Origin: Takakia lepidozioides
Lineage: Eukaryota; Plantae; Bryophyta
NCBI GenBank assembly: GCA_030704615.1
Contig: CM060732.1
Span: forward strand, 51,150,001-51,214,000
Reading direction: 5' to 3'
DNA length: 64,000 nucleotides
Of the stretch, positions 47,608 through 60,007 are shown in pieces. A model generated the notes under the pieces. The model saw only the letters and a list, made by a program, of their open reading frames with translations. It was not told the origin of the DNA and made no database searches. Position 1 is the stretch's first letter; each line of letters opens with the position of its first letter. Both the position numbers and the translations under genes were made by a program.

Positions 47608-48993
47608 ATGGAGCCCAGCGAGGAGCCTGAAGAAGGCTGTCCAGAAGCTGCTGGACAGCAGCATGCTGACCAGAGTGAGAAACAAGGAGACCAATTCGTG
47701 AGTTGCCTCAGCAACCTCTGCAAAGAGTTGTGTGCATTTGCTGAAGTTTGTAAAACTGCACTTGCACGGTGTTTTATTTCGCCATTTATTTTTTTGAGAA
47801 TTTCCTGTCTGATGGCATTACACGTCTTGTCGCAAGTGCAGCTTTTAGAGAGGAAGCACCTGGTGCCAAAGATGGCCTTTTCTGGCCAATCCTAAGTTCT
47901 GAATTTTTGCGAACAAAACCTGAAACTGCTTGTATACATTCAAATCATGTGTCCTAATGGCTTTTTTCACATTTGTGGATTTCAGCAGTCTCCTACGGTG
48001 CCTGAGGACATGGATCAATCAGTTGATCCTGTGACAGAAACTGTCATCACTGAAACCAAGTCAAACACTCACTTTAGCAAGTCAGTCAAGCTCCGGGCCT
48101 TCAATATTTTTGCTTTGAACAGTCGGCCATCCATCAAGGACGAGTTTGAGAGTCTCAGTGGCCTTGAGGTCAAGCGAATTGTGGGCAGCAAGTGGGCAAA
48201 TACAGCCGAGCAAGATAAGACTGAGTATTTTGAGAAAGCTCAGAGAGAACATAATGAAATGGTTGCTAAAGGTTTAATCGACCCAAATGCAACCCAAGGA
48301 AAACCTAGGAAAAATAAATCTGACATGGAAGCTGTGGTTACACCTGGTGATCAACCAGTCAAGAGGAAGCGTGGGCGGCCACGGAAGAGTGAAACGTTGG
48401 CCATGCAGGGAGGTGAAACTGGTGGGGATGGATTTTCAGCCCAGACATCTGATGCAAAGGCCAAAAGGCAGAAGAAGATTAAAACTGAGGTGCCAGCTCC
48501 CCCCATGGTTGATGGATCACTGATTGGGCAGCAGGTGAATGGTATTCTCGATGGGTCATTTGATGCTGGCTACCTGTTGAGTGTGAGGGTGGGGAACAGT
48601 GATATTGTTCTCAGGGGTTTGGTCTTTGGTCCTGGTCTTGCAGTACCAGTTTCCAGGGCCAACGATGTGGCCCCAGCTATACTGCAGGTGAAGAGGGATG
48701 ATACTATTTCCGTGCCTCTTCCTGCCCCTGTGGTGTCTGCTGTATCTCCGGCAGTTATGTGTACTTCCATGACAAGGGATTCAGTAGCAATACCTGGCAC
48801 AGATATCTTACCAAACAGTTTACCTCCCCCACCTCTTGCGCCTGTGTCTGCAGGGTTGCAAGCCGTGCCAGACTCTTCCCAGCTGCCAGATATTCCGCAA
48901 TCAGGCTTTTCAACAGTTCCCCATAGCTCTACACATGCATCTTACTCAGCAGAGACTGTACATCAGCATGTGGATGTGGAGTCAGGGGCTTGA
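47608..48993 (+). CDS. HMG-box + AT-hook + MNM1-like domain protein, paralogue A; join(47608..47697, 47986 or 47989..48993; NAGNAG acceptor)
   Basis: HMG-like AFNIFALNSRPSIKDEF..LEVKRIVGSKWAN..EYFEKAQREH; AT-hook KRKRGRPRK; LIGQQVNGILDGSFDAGYLLSVRVG..LRGLVF..NDVAP. Open frame. Confidence 0.85.
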
Positions 48994-50280
48994 TGTTATT
49001 TGTGCAGATGTTTTGTTTACTTTAGAAGATGCTCACCTGTGGATTATTTTCATACCTGAAGTGTCATTTGGAGTTAAGGATTGCAAGTGTATCAATGGTT
49101 GTACACCAAATTTTTGTTGAGGAGTGTCTAAAATCTTTGGCATAGCTTGGCATATATGCACCGAAAGTGACTGAAATGGTGCATGTCTGCCCCAACTCAG
49201 GGTAGGCAAAATTAAATGCTGAGGACGGGCAGGGTTTATTTGTAAATCTGGGAATTGGAGGGGTATCCTTGCAGATTATAAACGGTGAAGTGATTTGTAG
49301 ATGCACATGCAATTAAAGCTTGGGGTTTGCATCAGGAACAAAAGATTGGTTTTTACGAAGAGTCATGAGAAGCGAGATGAAAGACTCCAGAGTTGACACT
49401 AATTATCGGAACAAAAGAAAACAATACTGGTGCTGCTTTCTGAAGGGTCATTACCTAAGCATCCAAGATCCAGGAAGGGTACATGTTTGGAATTACTTGA
49501 GCTATCATGGCAGTGTGCAATTAGGTGGTTGCATACATTGTCTCTGACCTCCCTCCATGTGCAGTGGGTGTAGTAGACAGACCTTCTCTTCATGTGTACT
49601 GCAGAAAAGTCATCAATTCTGCACAAAGGATTATGGAAGTATAACTCATCGTGAGGAAGAGTAATGGAGACTGACAATGTGAAAACTGCAGTATTCTGAA
49701 GAGTGGATTAGTGAGGATTACTGGGTTGCTAAGAGTAGGTTGTCATGTGTGGAAATAGCAAGTTTCTCTCTCCCCAGAACAGTGCAGAATCAAGTCCCAA
49801 GTTCTAGGCTGGGTTCACTGGTGTAATATTTGAAAAATCGAAAATGTTTGGAAACCTGCCTGGTCCAACCTCTGCTTCGAGACTTACCTGTAAATGTAGT
49901 CACAAGGTTTAACGTTTCAGACATTTCCTTGACATTAGTCCAACATTTGCCCCATGCAACATTAATATACAACAAAAATCAAAACAAAACTCATCCTTAA
50001 CAGACATCGACTTACTCCAATTAGATGGTGTGTCACCACAATCAATCAGTAGTGCTGTCTGCTTGCTCAAGCTAAAATGAACAAATCAACCACCATACTG
50101 TACCAAGCATGTCATACCCCACATGTTGGAGCATTCCTGGCTACTCATTCTACCCCAAAATGTAACCTTTCCCAACCAAAAATTCCTGGGAAGAATGTAC
50201 GCCCGTAGGTACTTTTCCCCCAGGTAAACTAACAGATCAGACAGCCTCTTCTACAGCAAACAACATCTCCACTTATTGTG

Positions 50281-51679
50281 TCAAGCACCTGACTGCACAT
50301 CCACATGACGATGGATAGTCTCTGCACTGTAAGAAACATGCGGAGAGCTGTAGGAAACTGGGGTGTAGCCTGCCTGTGACATCTGTGGCTGCATGAATGG
50401 GTTTGTCAGGGCTTTCAAACCAACAGGCACTGGCACAACAGATGGAGGTAAACTGGCCAGTAAGGTTTTGGCAGGGGTTGCCACTGAACCCATCGCCATG
50501 GGAGCAGATAAGACTGCCGTAGATGCACCAGACATCCCAGGGGCAGCAAGGGGCAGAGTAATCTTATCATCTCTCTTCACTTGCATCACAGTTGGCGCAA
50601 CATCAAGGGTCTTGGAAACTGGGACTGCAAGGCCAGGACCAAAGACCACCCCCCGGAGAACAGTACCACTGTTTCCCACCCTCACAGTCAAAAGGTAGCC
50701 AGCATCAAAGGATCCATCCAGCACACCACTCACCTGCTGCCCAATCAATCCCAAGTCAACTATGGCAGGACTTGCCACCTCATTTTTCTTCTTTCTCTGC
50801 CTTTTGATCTGCACATCAGATTTCTGAGGTATCAACCCATCCCCCACAATCTCACCACCTTGTACGGGTAAAGTCTCACTCTTGCGTGGTCGCCCACGCT
50901 TCCGCTTGACTGGTTGTTCACCAGGCGCAGTTTCAGCTTCTATATCAGATTTGCTTTTCTTGGGCTTTGACAGGGGTGCATTTGGATCAATTAAACCCTT
51001 CGCAACCATTTCATTGTGTTCCCTCTGGGCTTGCTCAAAGTACTCCGCCTTGACTTGGTCAGGCGCATTTGCCCACCTACTGCCGACAATTCGCTTGATG
51101 TCAAGCCCACTAGCACCCTCAAACTTGTCCTTGATGGAGGGTCGAATTTTCAAAGCAAAGATGTTGAAGGCCCGGAGCTTAACTAACTTGCCAAAGCGAG
51201 CCTTCCTCTTGGTTTCAGCAATAACACCGGTTGTCACAAGGTCAAGTGCTTGCTGCATCTGGTCCATGTCCTCAGGCCCCTGAGAAAAAGCTGCTAGGAC
51301 AGATGAGTTTGCATGTAAACAAGCTGGCTAGGGCATTCAATGGCATGGTGGTCTCAAATTGAATATTTAGAATGGCCAATAAAGCCACCTCTGGCATGAG
51401 CTGCTCACTCTCTAAACCCTCTGCAGGTCACAGAAGCAAATGCCATCAACAGGCGCCAAAACGTGCTCCAAATACCAATAAACAATATCATACAGCACAA
51501 AAGCTTCATAGATTCCATAGCCCAGTGCAAACTCATACCCCACAACTATATTCCAACCTATGAACTTAAGAACAGAAATGCACGGGGGCCTCTGCAAGAA
51601 AGAGGTTACAGAGAAAACTTACCAAAAAGGCACCTTCATTCTCCTGGTGCTTGTCATGGTGCAGTCCAGCAACCTCCAT
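50281..51679 (-). CDS. HMG-box + AT-hook + MNM1-like domain protein, paralogue B; join(51623..51679, 50281..51279)
   Basis: Same three domains in an intact 328-codon ORF. The in-phase upstream exon MEVAGLHHDKHQENEGAFL is homologous to the A exon. Confidence 0.85.
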
Positions 51680-53494
51680 ATGGCCTTCAGCCTCCCTCCT
51701 GCACACCAGAATGAATCCCGAGATAAGAATACAGCCCATGAGACACACTTGCACACTGCTGTTGAAATGACAGTCATGTAACCAGATACATAGGAAGTTT
51801 AAGAAAACGTTACTGCTTGTTGATGAGTACCTAGATCCGTGGTAACGTATTGCCACTGTCAATGTGAGGGGATATACTACCGTCCCAGTACCACCAAGAT
51901 GCTGTCGATCTAGCCTTATGAAAGGACCTCTAACTAGTAACCTTCCAGGCCAAAATGAGCATGAAGCAATGCCAAATCCTTGCAGGCAGGATGCATACAT
52001 GTGAAGGAATCATACAAGCGTAAGAATTTTCTTCTGCAAGACAGTTCAGACGCCCAGAACCATCATCTACACTGAGTAACGTTGAGATCATCCTGATATA
52101 CACCCTGTCCAAAGAGAGCACAGAAATACAAACAAGCCATACAAAGAAGCTTGCATAATTGATAATTAAATTATCTCCAGCATAAACTACAGTAGTATGG
52201 TACAACTTAAAATACACTGAGTGCAGAAAATGGAACATCTGTGGCCCGGAATTTCTGTCTATACTCCCTCCTTCAGGAAAGGTGTGTCTTGCTAAATCTA
52301 ATTACTGCCAGACGATGATAGGCCTCATCCTCAAAGAGCTCCAACTTTTGAAACGTGGGCTGTATGTAACTAAAAGATCAGAAACTGTCTCCCTACTGTC
52401 ATGTCTGTCTGTGTCGTATCTATCTATCATCAGCACCTTCCCTGGCCTTCCTGGTTGGACCTCTTCAAACACCCAAACATTTCTGCAGTCTCTATTTGCG
52501 TACAAGCATGGATGTGTGCGCAACTAGACTTAAAGACCTAAGCAGTTGACCCGTCCCAGAACTAAGGATACAACATTCTCGTGAAGGAATCATTACTGCC
52601 AGAAGAAATCATTTCTCAAGATACGACAATGAAATAGCCAGAAAAACTGAACAGATTTGACTGTCGCCATAAGAAGAGTTGTAAGAAACCACGTACAGTC
52701 GTAATAACCTTTCTGGACACCTCTGGAACAAGAAAGGCAGTAGCTACGAAGCACAACAGTACGAAATGGATTATACAACAAACAAAAGAACTCCGGGCGA
52801 AAAGATGGCAGATTATAGCGCATAAAGCTTACGAAAAAACGCTGAGAAACTGCTAGCAGAACCAGGTGGTTAAAACGGAAAATGCCAACTCCAAAACAGT
52901 AACGCGGAGGTGTACAGCTCCAGCAGTCAGAAAGAGAAGTAGCGCAGGAAAAAGGAAAACCAAGGAAACAAACGAGCAGTCTCAACAGGACAAGGAGGAG
53001 CAGAAACCCAAAGACAATGTAGGAGACCAAGAAAATGCGTTAGGAGGGACTAGAAACAACCGAATACACAAAAACAAGACATTTTCACGGGCAAGAGCGT
53101 GTACCGCAGTAGCAGATGACAAGCTCTAAGGTGCAAAACAGATGAGACAACAGAGGCCAAGAACAGTAGTAGAAGAAGGGACTAACTAAGGCTGTTAACC
53201 TTCTGTATAGCAAGAATTCAAGGAAGAGGTAAAATTACAAATACAACGAACGCTCGGGCACCCACAAGAACAAACACCACTGTCCGTCGCTCTATGTAAA
53301 AACTTCAACAACAGCAATGGCCGACAAGCTGTACAATTTCTACGGCGCTATCAGCAAGACATGCGGGAATAGCAAACTTCGAGAGCTGAGGATGTGTGAC
53401 TTAAACACTAAATCTAAGCTTGTGCATATCTACTGCGTATCTATCACGCCATGGCCACTGTACTAGCTTGAGGGCTTACGAGAGGAGGCCACAA

Positions 53495-53690
53495 GGAATT
53501 CGAAAGTTTGAAAAAAGGGGACGGGCCGACCGTTGCCACCGTCTTCACTCGCTGGTGGCACTGTTATTCTCTCTTCCTCACGGGCTATGGAGTTGCGGTG
53601 GGGCCAGGGTCTGATCACAGAGGTTAGCCTTGGACGATGATAAAAACACCAGCCTCTCTCTCTCCCTAACTCTCCTCTTTTCTTCGTGTT
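53495..53690 (-). promoter_or_regulatory. Conserved upstream module of paralogue B
   Basis: GACCGTTG at 53528-53535 (CAACGGTC on minus); TTCGAA 53499-53504; TTTGAA 53507-53512; shared GGCTATGGAG and CTCTCTCCCTAA blocks. Confidence 0.6.
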
Positions 53691-54767
53691 TTTTGGCTCC
53701 CTAGACCCCCTTCCCCGATGATCAACAAACCCAAAGCGAATGCAAAAGCCTGGTCAACATACGGCAGAAAACGAAGCCTGCCACGACCTGCGCAGACCGT
53801 ATTGAGCGTTACCTACTTCCTGACCAGTCACCTGCCACCGCACGCACAAATATTTGTGAGCTCCCACCCTCCCTCACAGCGACCGCGCTTGCCTAATCTG
53901 CTCCCACCCAAATATTTCCTTCGCCGTCCAATCCATCTCGCAACAGTGGACCGCGTATTAGAGTCTGATCGGTTCATTATCCGTGGGACCCATATGCATT
54001 TGAGCTTGGAAATTTGTTAGGGTTTGCCCTCTTTTCTCTCCATGACTGTAGTCAGAGAGCTGTGCTATTCTTTGCTCGTTTCGCATTCGAGTTTGAAAGG
54101 GAAGCGAAATTGAGTCCACCTTTCCATGAAAGCTGTCTCATGCACAGTGCATACCACAGATAGAGGCAGATAAGAAACAGTGTAAACGAGTCCAAGCGTA
54201 TAGAAGTTTAGGGGGGGTTGCATGAATTCAACTTCGATGTTTGGGAAGGCCAAAAGTGGGGAAGAAATGCTCAGACAGAAAACAACACGGCATAGGTGCC
54301 TCAAATTCCACCAGCAGTGCCACAGGCTTCCTAGGAATCTGTTCGTCTCAGAGATGGAGATCTTGAGTGTTCGCATTGGTAAGAAATGCAGATAAGCCAG
54401 TATGAAGTCTGAAGTCGTGCGTAACACCAGACCTATCAACAACCGTCCCTTCCCCTTCTCGAAAGTCGTCCCAGATAGAACCCAGCAACAGGAGGTAGAT
54501 TTGGAAGAACTTGAGGGGAACAGCTGGCAGAGAAAACTTTTCCCTCACAAAAACTTCAACACTGACTAATGTGACCTTAGACGACTCAGCATGAACAGCA
54601 AGGCATTTGAAGAGAAGTCTGCTGGGGGCTTAACAAAAATCAGACGTCGGAGTTTGAATGAATGAACAATGAATACCCCTTAACGAATTAAAAGACTAGT
54701 TTACAGTCTTGGTCGTGTGAGTGTGCATGCCATTGCTTCAAATCAGAATGGCTGCGATATGGATTTC

Positions 54768-57013
54768 TCAACTGCGCCCAGCTCCTGCTGGCTCTTTCAA
54801 CTGCAAAAGTAACCCAAAGGCCATCCCTTCTTGCTTATGCGAGAATCCTTGCCAAATAAGATGAAACCCATAACTACCTTGATTTTCTCCTCCTGATTGA
54901 CTCCTCACAAACTGAAGTATACACAGCTCTGAATATGACAAACGGCAGCTAGAATGAGGCCAATTCTGAACACACCACGTAAACAGCAGAACAAAGAGAG
55001 TCACTTACAGATGTGAGAAGGTCAGCTGCCTTATTATCATCAAACCCAAGGGTCGCAAGAACTTGCTGCCCAGCGGAGCCTTTCTGAGCCCAGATTCCAA
55101 GTAGCATCAATGATGTGCTGATTTCACCTTCCCCACCTGTATATGCGACCCCAAACTGAAGTACAGTCACTTCTCACCCATACATTTTGTGATTTCTCAA
55201 GATGATTTTGAGAATGTGGAGTTAAAGTTGAGATCGGTACTGCGGGAAGGGATGGAAAACCTCACCTAGTCTGCTCTTCTCATCAAGAGCCCAATCAAGC
55301 GCCTGCAGGGCTGGTTCAGTGAGGGGTGGATGCTCAGGGCTGAAAAAGTACATGTCAGCCTTGCCAAGCAGCTTCACTGTTTCATCGCGTACTCCAAACA
55401 ATGTCACACCATTCTTCCGCAGAAACCTTGACGCTTCACTCGTGCCTGGTCCCACCCTCCAAGGTTAACAAGTTCAGAAATGACACATTGGCACTGAACT
55501 TACCAATGAACCACTCCCCCAACTAGAAGCTATCCACCATACTCAAGCTGAGGTAGCCAAAAAGCAGAGGTAGGCAATCCTCAACAACATTGGAGCTCTA
55601 ACAGGCACGATGCCACTAACAGACAGGAAAAATGGAGCTGATGGCTTGTCATAGGATCATGCTCAAGTAAATGCCTGCTACAACAAATTAAATAGGAGGC
55701 ATGTCTAATCTCAGTAAGTAAGATGTCAGAAGTCCTGGCTTCAGAAAGATGGTTGACAAGGCGAAATCAGTCGACCACCCTTCCATGTCTGTCCGACAAA
55801 AGTGTAATTGTTCGGAGATACCCACAAGCTAGGAGATAACACCCAAAAATCATAGACTGCACTAGCCAGCAAAATAAGCTACCTGCTTTAGGAACAAAGC
55901 AGAACACTACCTTCTGTTAGGATTCCCATGAGAAGTGCCTCAGTGCCAGTTGTAGGATACTTCAGTTTGCGAGCCTCCAACTCTGACATACTGAAAGATT
56001 TGACAGCCCTTGCCTCCCAACTGCCATCCATCATGCAGTACCTTATGATGTCAATCACACTGAACGCAGCATTCTCCACCTGCTGACAAATCCTAGACTG
56101 ACCCTCCACCAAAACAGTGTATAAACATGCCACTCCTAGCCTTGTGTAACTTTCTTGCATCGGATCTTCGTCAAACACTTTCCTCTTTGCAGCTATCATC
56201 TTCCCTCACTTTACAATCATAATTTGTGCTGGAGAACCTAAAACCCTACTATGTTAGAACTCCGTAAACTCCTGGGAGAAATATCAAGATGCCCATGAAA
56301 ATCCTACTGATATACCATAAGCATCAACAATTGAGGGGCGAAACTTACGATGGATGATCTTTTCCCGAAGTCTTTTCAGTATGTCTGCATCATCAACCAG
56401 GACACCCTCGTGATTTTTTACGAAGCAATAAACCAAGGCCATTTGCCCTTTACTGTGCAAAACTAGTGTCGAACTCTCCAAAAAGCTGAGAGAAGGGGAC
56501 TACCACACCCCAATTGGTTTAATGTGGAGACAAATACATTGCGTGGTGCTTCAGGAAAGACTTTTCGGACAGTCATCGAATCGGCCTCATCCAGACAAGG
56601 GCGTAAGAGAAGCCAAACCGAATCCACTTATCCAGCATTTCACAGAACGAAACTCTCCATCGGTAGCAGAACCAGCTACATTCCTCATCAGATACATTCA
56701 CTGTTTGAAAATTCCTGCCATTGTATGATGCATACAAGAGCAAATACCTTGTTGGAAGCACCATACATATCGGAGATGGTCGCTGTTGCCGCATCCTCGC
56801 AGGTTCAAAGACTACCGAGAAGGACTTGGGAAGAAGAAATGATTGGGACTCGGCCCATCTCAAGGTAGATCTTTCCCTTGCACTCCACGAGCTTCCATAG
56901 CTGCACCCAGCTTGCACAGAGGGCCTACCACAGCCATGATCCTGACGTACATCGCCTACGGCTGCACATGCAGGACTCACACTGGTTGCCAGACGCTGAA
57001 GGAGAGACGCCAT
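54768..57013 (-). CDS. CLPT: Plastid Clp protease accessory subunit ClpT (double Clp-N), 250 aa; exons 56748..57013, 56349..56384, 55911..56020, 55266..55445, 55009..55136, 54768..54800
   Basis: Transit peptide; WEARAVKSFSMSELEARKLKYPTTGTEALLMGIL; ETVKLLGKADMYFFSPEHPPLTE; LLGIWAQKGSAGQQVLATLGF. All introns are GT-AG and in phase. Confidence 0.95.
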
Positions 57014-58573
57014 GATCCGAGCTCCAGTCCTCGCTCCACTCTCGCAATCCACCAAACCTTCAAAGCCGCCCGTCAGATTCTTCCCTTGGTTTGAGCGACG
57101 GAGCCGATACGTATGTATCCATACCTATGTACGTATCTAAGTGAATATGAATACATACATCTGTACACCTAATGGTACCTAGCTAGGTATACATGGGCTT
57201 TCCGATCTTTGTAAAGATCAGCGACACCGATAATCAAAACCCATGGAAGAGTAATACGTGATCGATCAATCTCTTTGCAAGAAGGAGCATATGTGTGATG
57301 GTGGGTTGGGCAAGCAAGCTATGAGGGATGAGCCTGGACGGGCAAGGAGATTCTACAAATGTGGAGAAGGAGAAGAAAGGGAGCCCTTGGCGATGGCAAG
57401 GGCAAGTGGTGGGTCGGGAGAGCATCGATGAAGACAAAAAGGCACAGGCCTTAGTAGCTTGTGCTATTCCACATGGTGCACCACCTCTTCTCTCTGTCTC
57501 TTTCTTTCCACTCCCACGTTGACCCATGCATCTGATGATCAAGTAGGAAACATTAGGAAAAGGTGAATTTGGGTCTGAGAATTTAGCTGATTCCTGAGAG
57601 TTGTAATCGAAGGATACAACAGCATTTGGGGAGTCTGATTGACGCTTTGCACCTATGTTTCTAGAGACTCTGTAAGATTCAAGCCACTGAGAGTATAAGA
57701 GCCATGTGCCAACATGTGATGTGAATACAGCCACCCTCAACCATTTTATATTACTTTCAAAGATCTTAGATCTGCCTTAGATTGACAGAAGAGGTGTACA
57801 CTTGATGAAGGACACAGGATGAATAGGTGATGGCTTTTTCATAGCAGATATAGAGGTGGTGGACAGTCAAAGGCATACATTGCAAAGGATAGAGACAACT
57901 TGCGAACTGATGGAGAACGCACTGCGTGTGTTAAAGTGGAACAGAAGAGCTTGTCAAGTGTTTCAAGCAAGGCTTCTTTGCAGATTGCGGACAGGTTCAA
58001 AAGGCCTTTTGGGATTGCTACGCAGAGAACAGAGTAAACAATCACACCTTTTTCCAATATGTGTTCCTTTTTGGCACAGTACTGGGACTCTAGACCTAGC
58101 TACATTTGTTAACTCTCTACGGCGGTAAGTGATTTCAAGCTGGCTTAGTCTGGTCTTGCCTCATTGTGGTGTTGCTGACTACTATATGCTGGTTTCTGTT
58201 GGCTGTTCATGGAAACAAATTGCAGCTAACCAAGTTGGCTTATTATAGTCTTCCTTCGTATTTTTCCGACTATTAAAATGCATGTGGGTGATGGTATCTG
58301 TAGGGAGTCCGTGGTAACAAAATTGCAGCATGGTTAGCTCCCCCAAATTTCTCAAAAAATAAAGAACCTCAGGTCAGATCACCCCTCCAACTTTGGTTCC
58401 GAGGATGCTCATTGGTGATGTTTTGTCCCTGCCTGTTTCAATCCTGTGGGCGCGTGTAGATTGATCACTTCTCTGTCTCCCCTGTTTCTTTCATGCAGTG
58501 TACTGAATTACCAAGATTGAAATATACGCATGATTAGCCTTACGTTCCATGCTCATTTGCACAGGTGGTTAAC

Positions 58574-58854
58574 GAAGTGTTGAAAGATGGAGATGAAAGA
58601 GGAGTGTACAAGACCCACCATGTCGGTGATGAAGTGTTGAGAGACCGAGATGAAAGACGAGTGGACGAGACCCACCATGTCGGTGATGAAGTGTTGAGAG
58701 ACCGAGATGAAAGACGAGTGGACGAGACCCACCATGTCGGTGATGAAGTGTTGAGAGACCGAGATGAAAGACGAGTGGACGAGACCCACCATGTCGGTGA
58801 TGAAGTGTTGAGAGACGGAGATGAAGAAAGAGGAGTGTATGAAAACCACCATGT
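58574..58854 (+). repeat. 57-bp minisatellite, ~5 copies
   Basis: Unit GAAGTGTTGAGAGACCGAGATGAAAGACGAGTGGACGAGACCCACCATGTCGGTGAT at 58574, 58631, 58688, 58745, 58802. The three inner copies are identical and the outer two have diverged. Confidence 0.97.
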
Positions 58855-60007
58855 AGAATAGAGGCGATTGCTTGTTTGTGAGTTTGGACCGTTTTGTAAG
58901 TCAGTGGTGCAAGCATGTCTGTCTTCAGTTCAGTAATCAGTTAGTGGGCAGGAACAAGCTTGGGTCCAAGGCATCAATCCTTTCTGATCGGCGTCGCATT
59001 TACAATCGAGAGATTGCAATTTCAATCTCAGTAGATTTTAAATGGATGCATATTCGACATTCCACAAACATCTCACATGGACACTAGTGGTGGTGTTACA
59101 CCACCGATTCAAAGATTTTTTTCTTAGAAAGATGGCCATGCAAATTAACCGTGTGTGGCTTTCAAGGCCCTCATCTTCCTTACGCTGAGTCACTTGTCCA
59201 ATGTCGGCATGCCTGCTTTTAGGTTGTCAGACTTCCTAGAAGTGGTGGTCTAAGGACATGCGGGGTGCAGAGTGCAACCTGGAGAAAGCATTGTCATTTT
59301 TGTTGCGGTAAGAAACAGAATTAGTGTGCTTGTTGTGTACGAGTATCCTGGTACTGTTAGCATGAGAACTCACAAGGCAACAGTTGTCTCTAGTGAACTG
59401 CTGGGGTAGGTCATGGGGGTAAGATGAATCTGGTTAGTAACAACAGCCCAAGGGTGTCCGTTTCTGCATGGACAAAGATCAAAACTGCTCCAACTGGGGT
59501 CCAAAATGCACACCAGAACCCCTTCTACTTCGGCCCAGATTAAATGTCATATGTACCTAAACTAGCTCACAAATCCCTTCAAACAACCCAATTTCGCCAT
59601 TCTACAAGAATTATTGACAAACCCCGTCCTCAATACAAGCTTTTCCACCTCCACTTATCTTGGCAAGTCAACAGCATGTTGACACTAGTCACTAGTGTCG
59701 CATTGGCATTCTTTCATAAACACATTTTCAATGCCCCAAAACCCCCCTACTTTGTTTGAAATTAAGACGGAACGACGTATAAACCAAGGGCCTCTATCCC
59801 CCTCCAAGAATGGCCCCAAAGAAAAGCAGGTCATATATACCAAGATTCTGAAGCATTCTTGCTGTTCATCATACACCAAAATGATGACTTTCTAACCAAT
59901 CAGCTGCATCAATGCTTTTGTGATCCTTCCAAAATGACTTTGCAGGTGCATAAAAGATCCGTAGGTAGCTTCTTCTACAACAAACAAAAAGCTTTGGACA
60001 TCCCACA

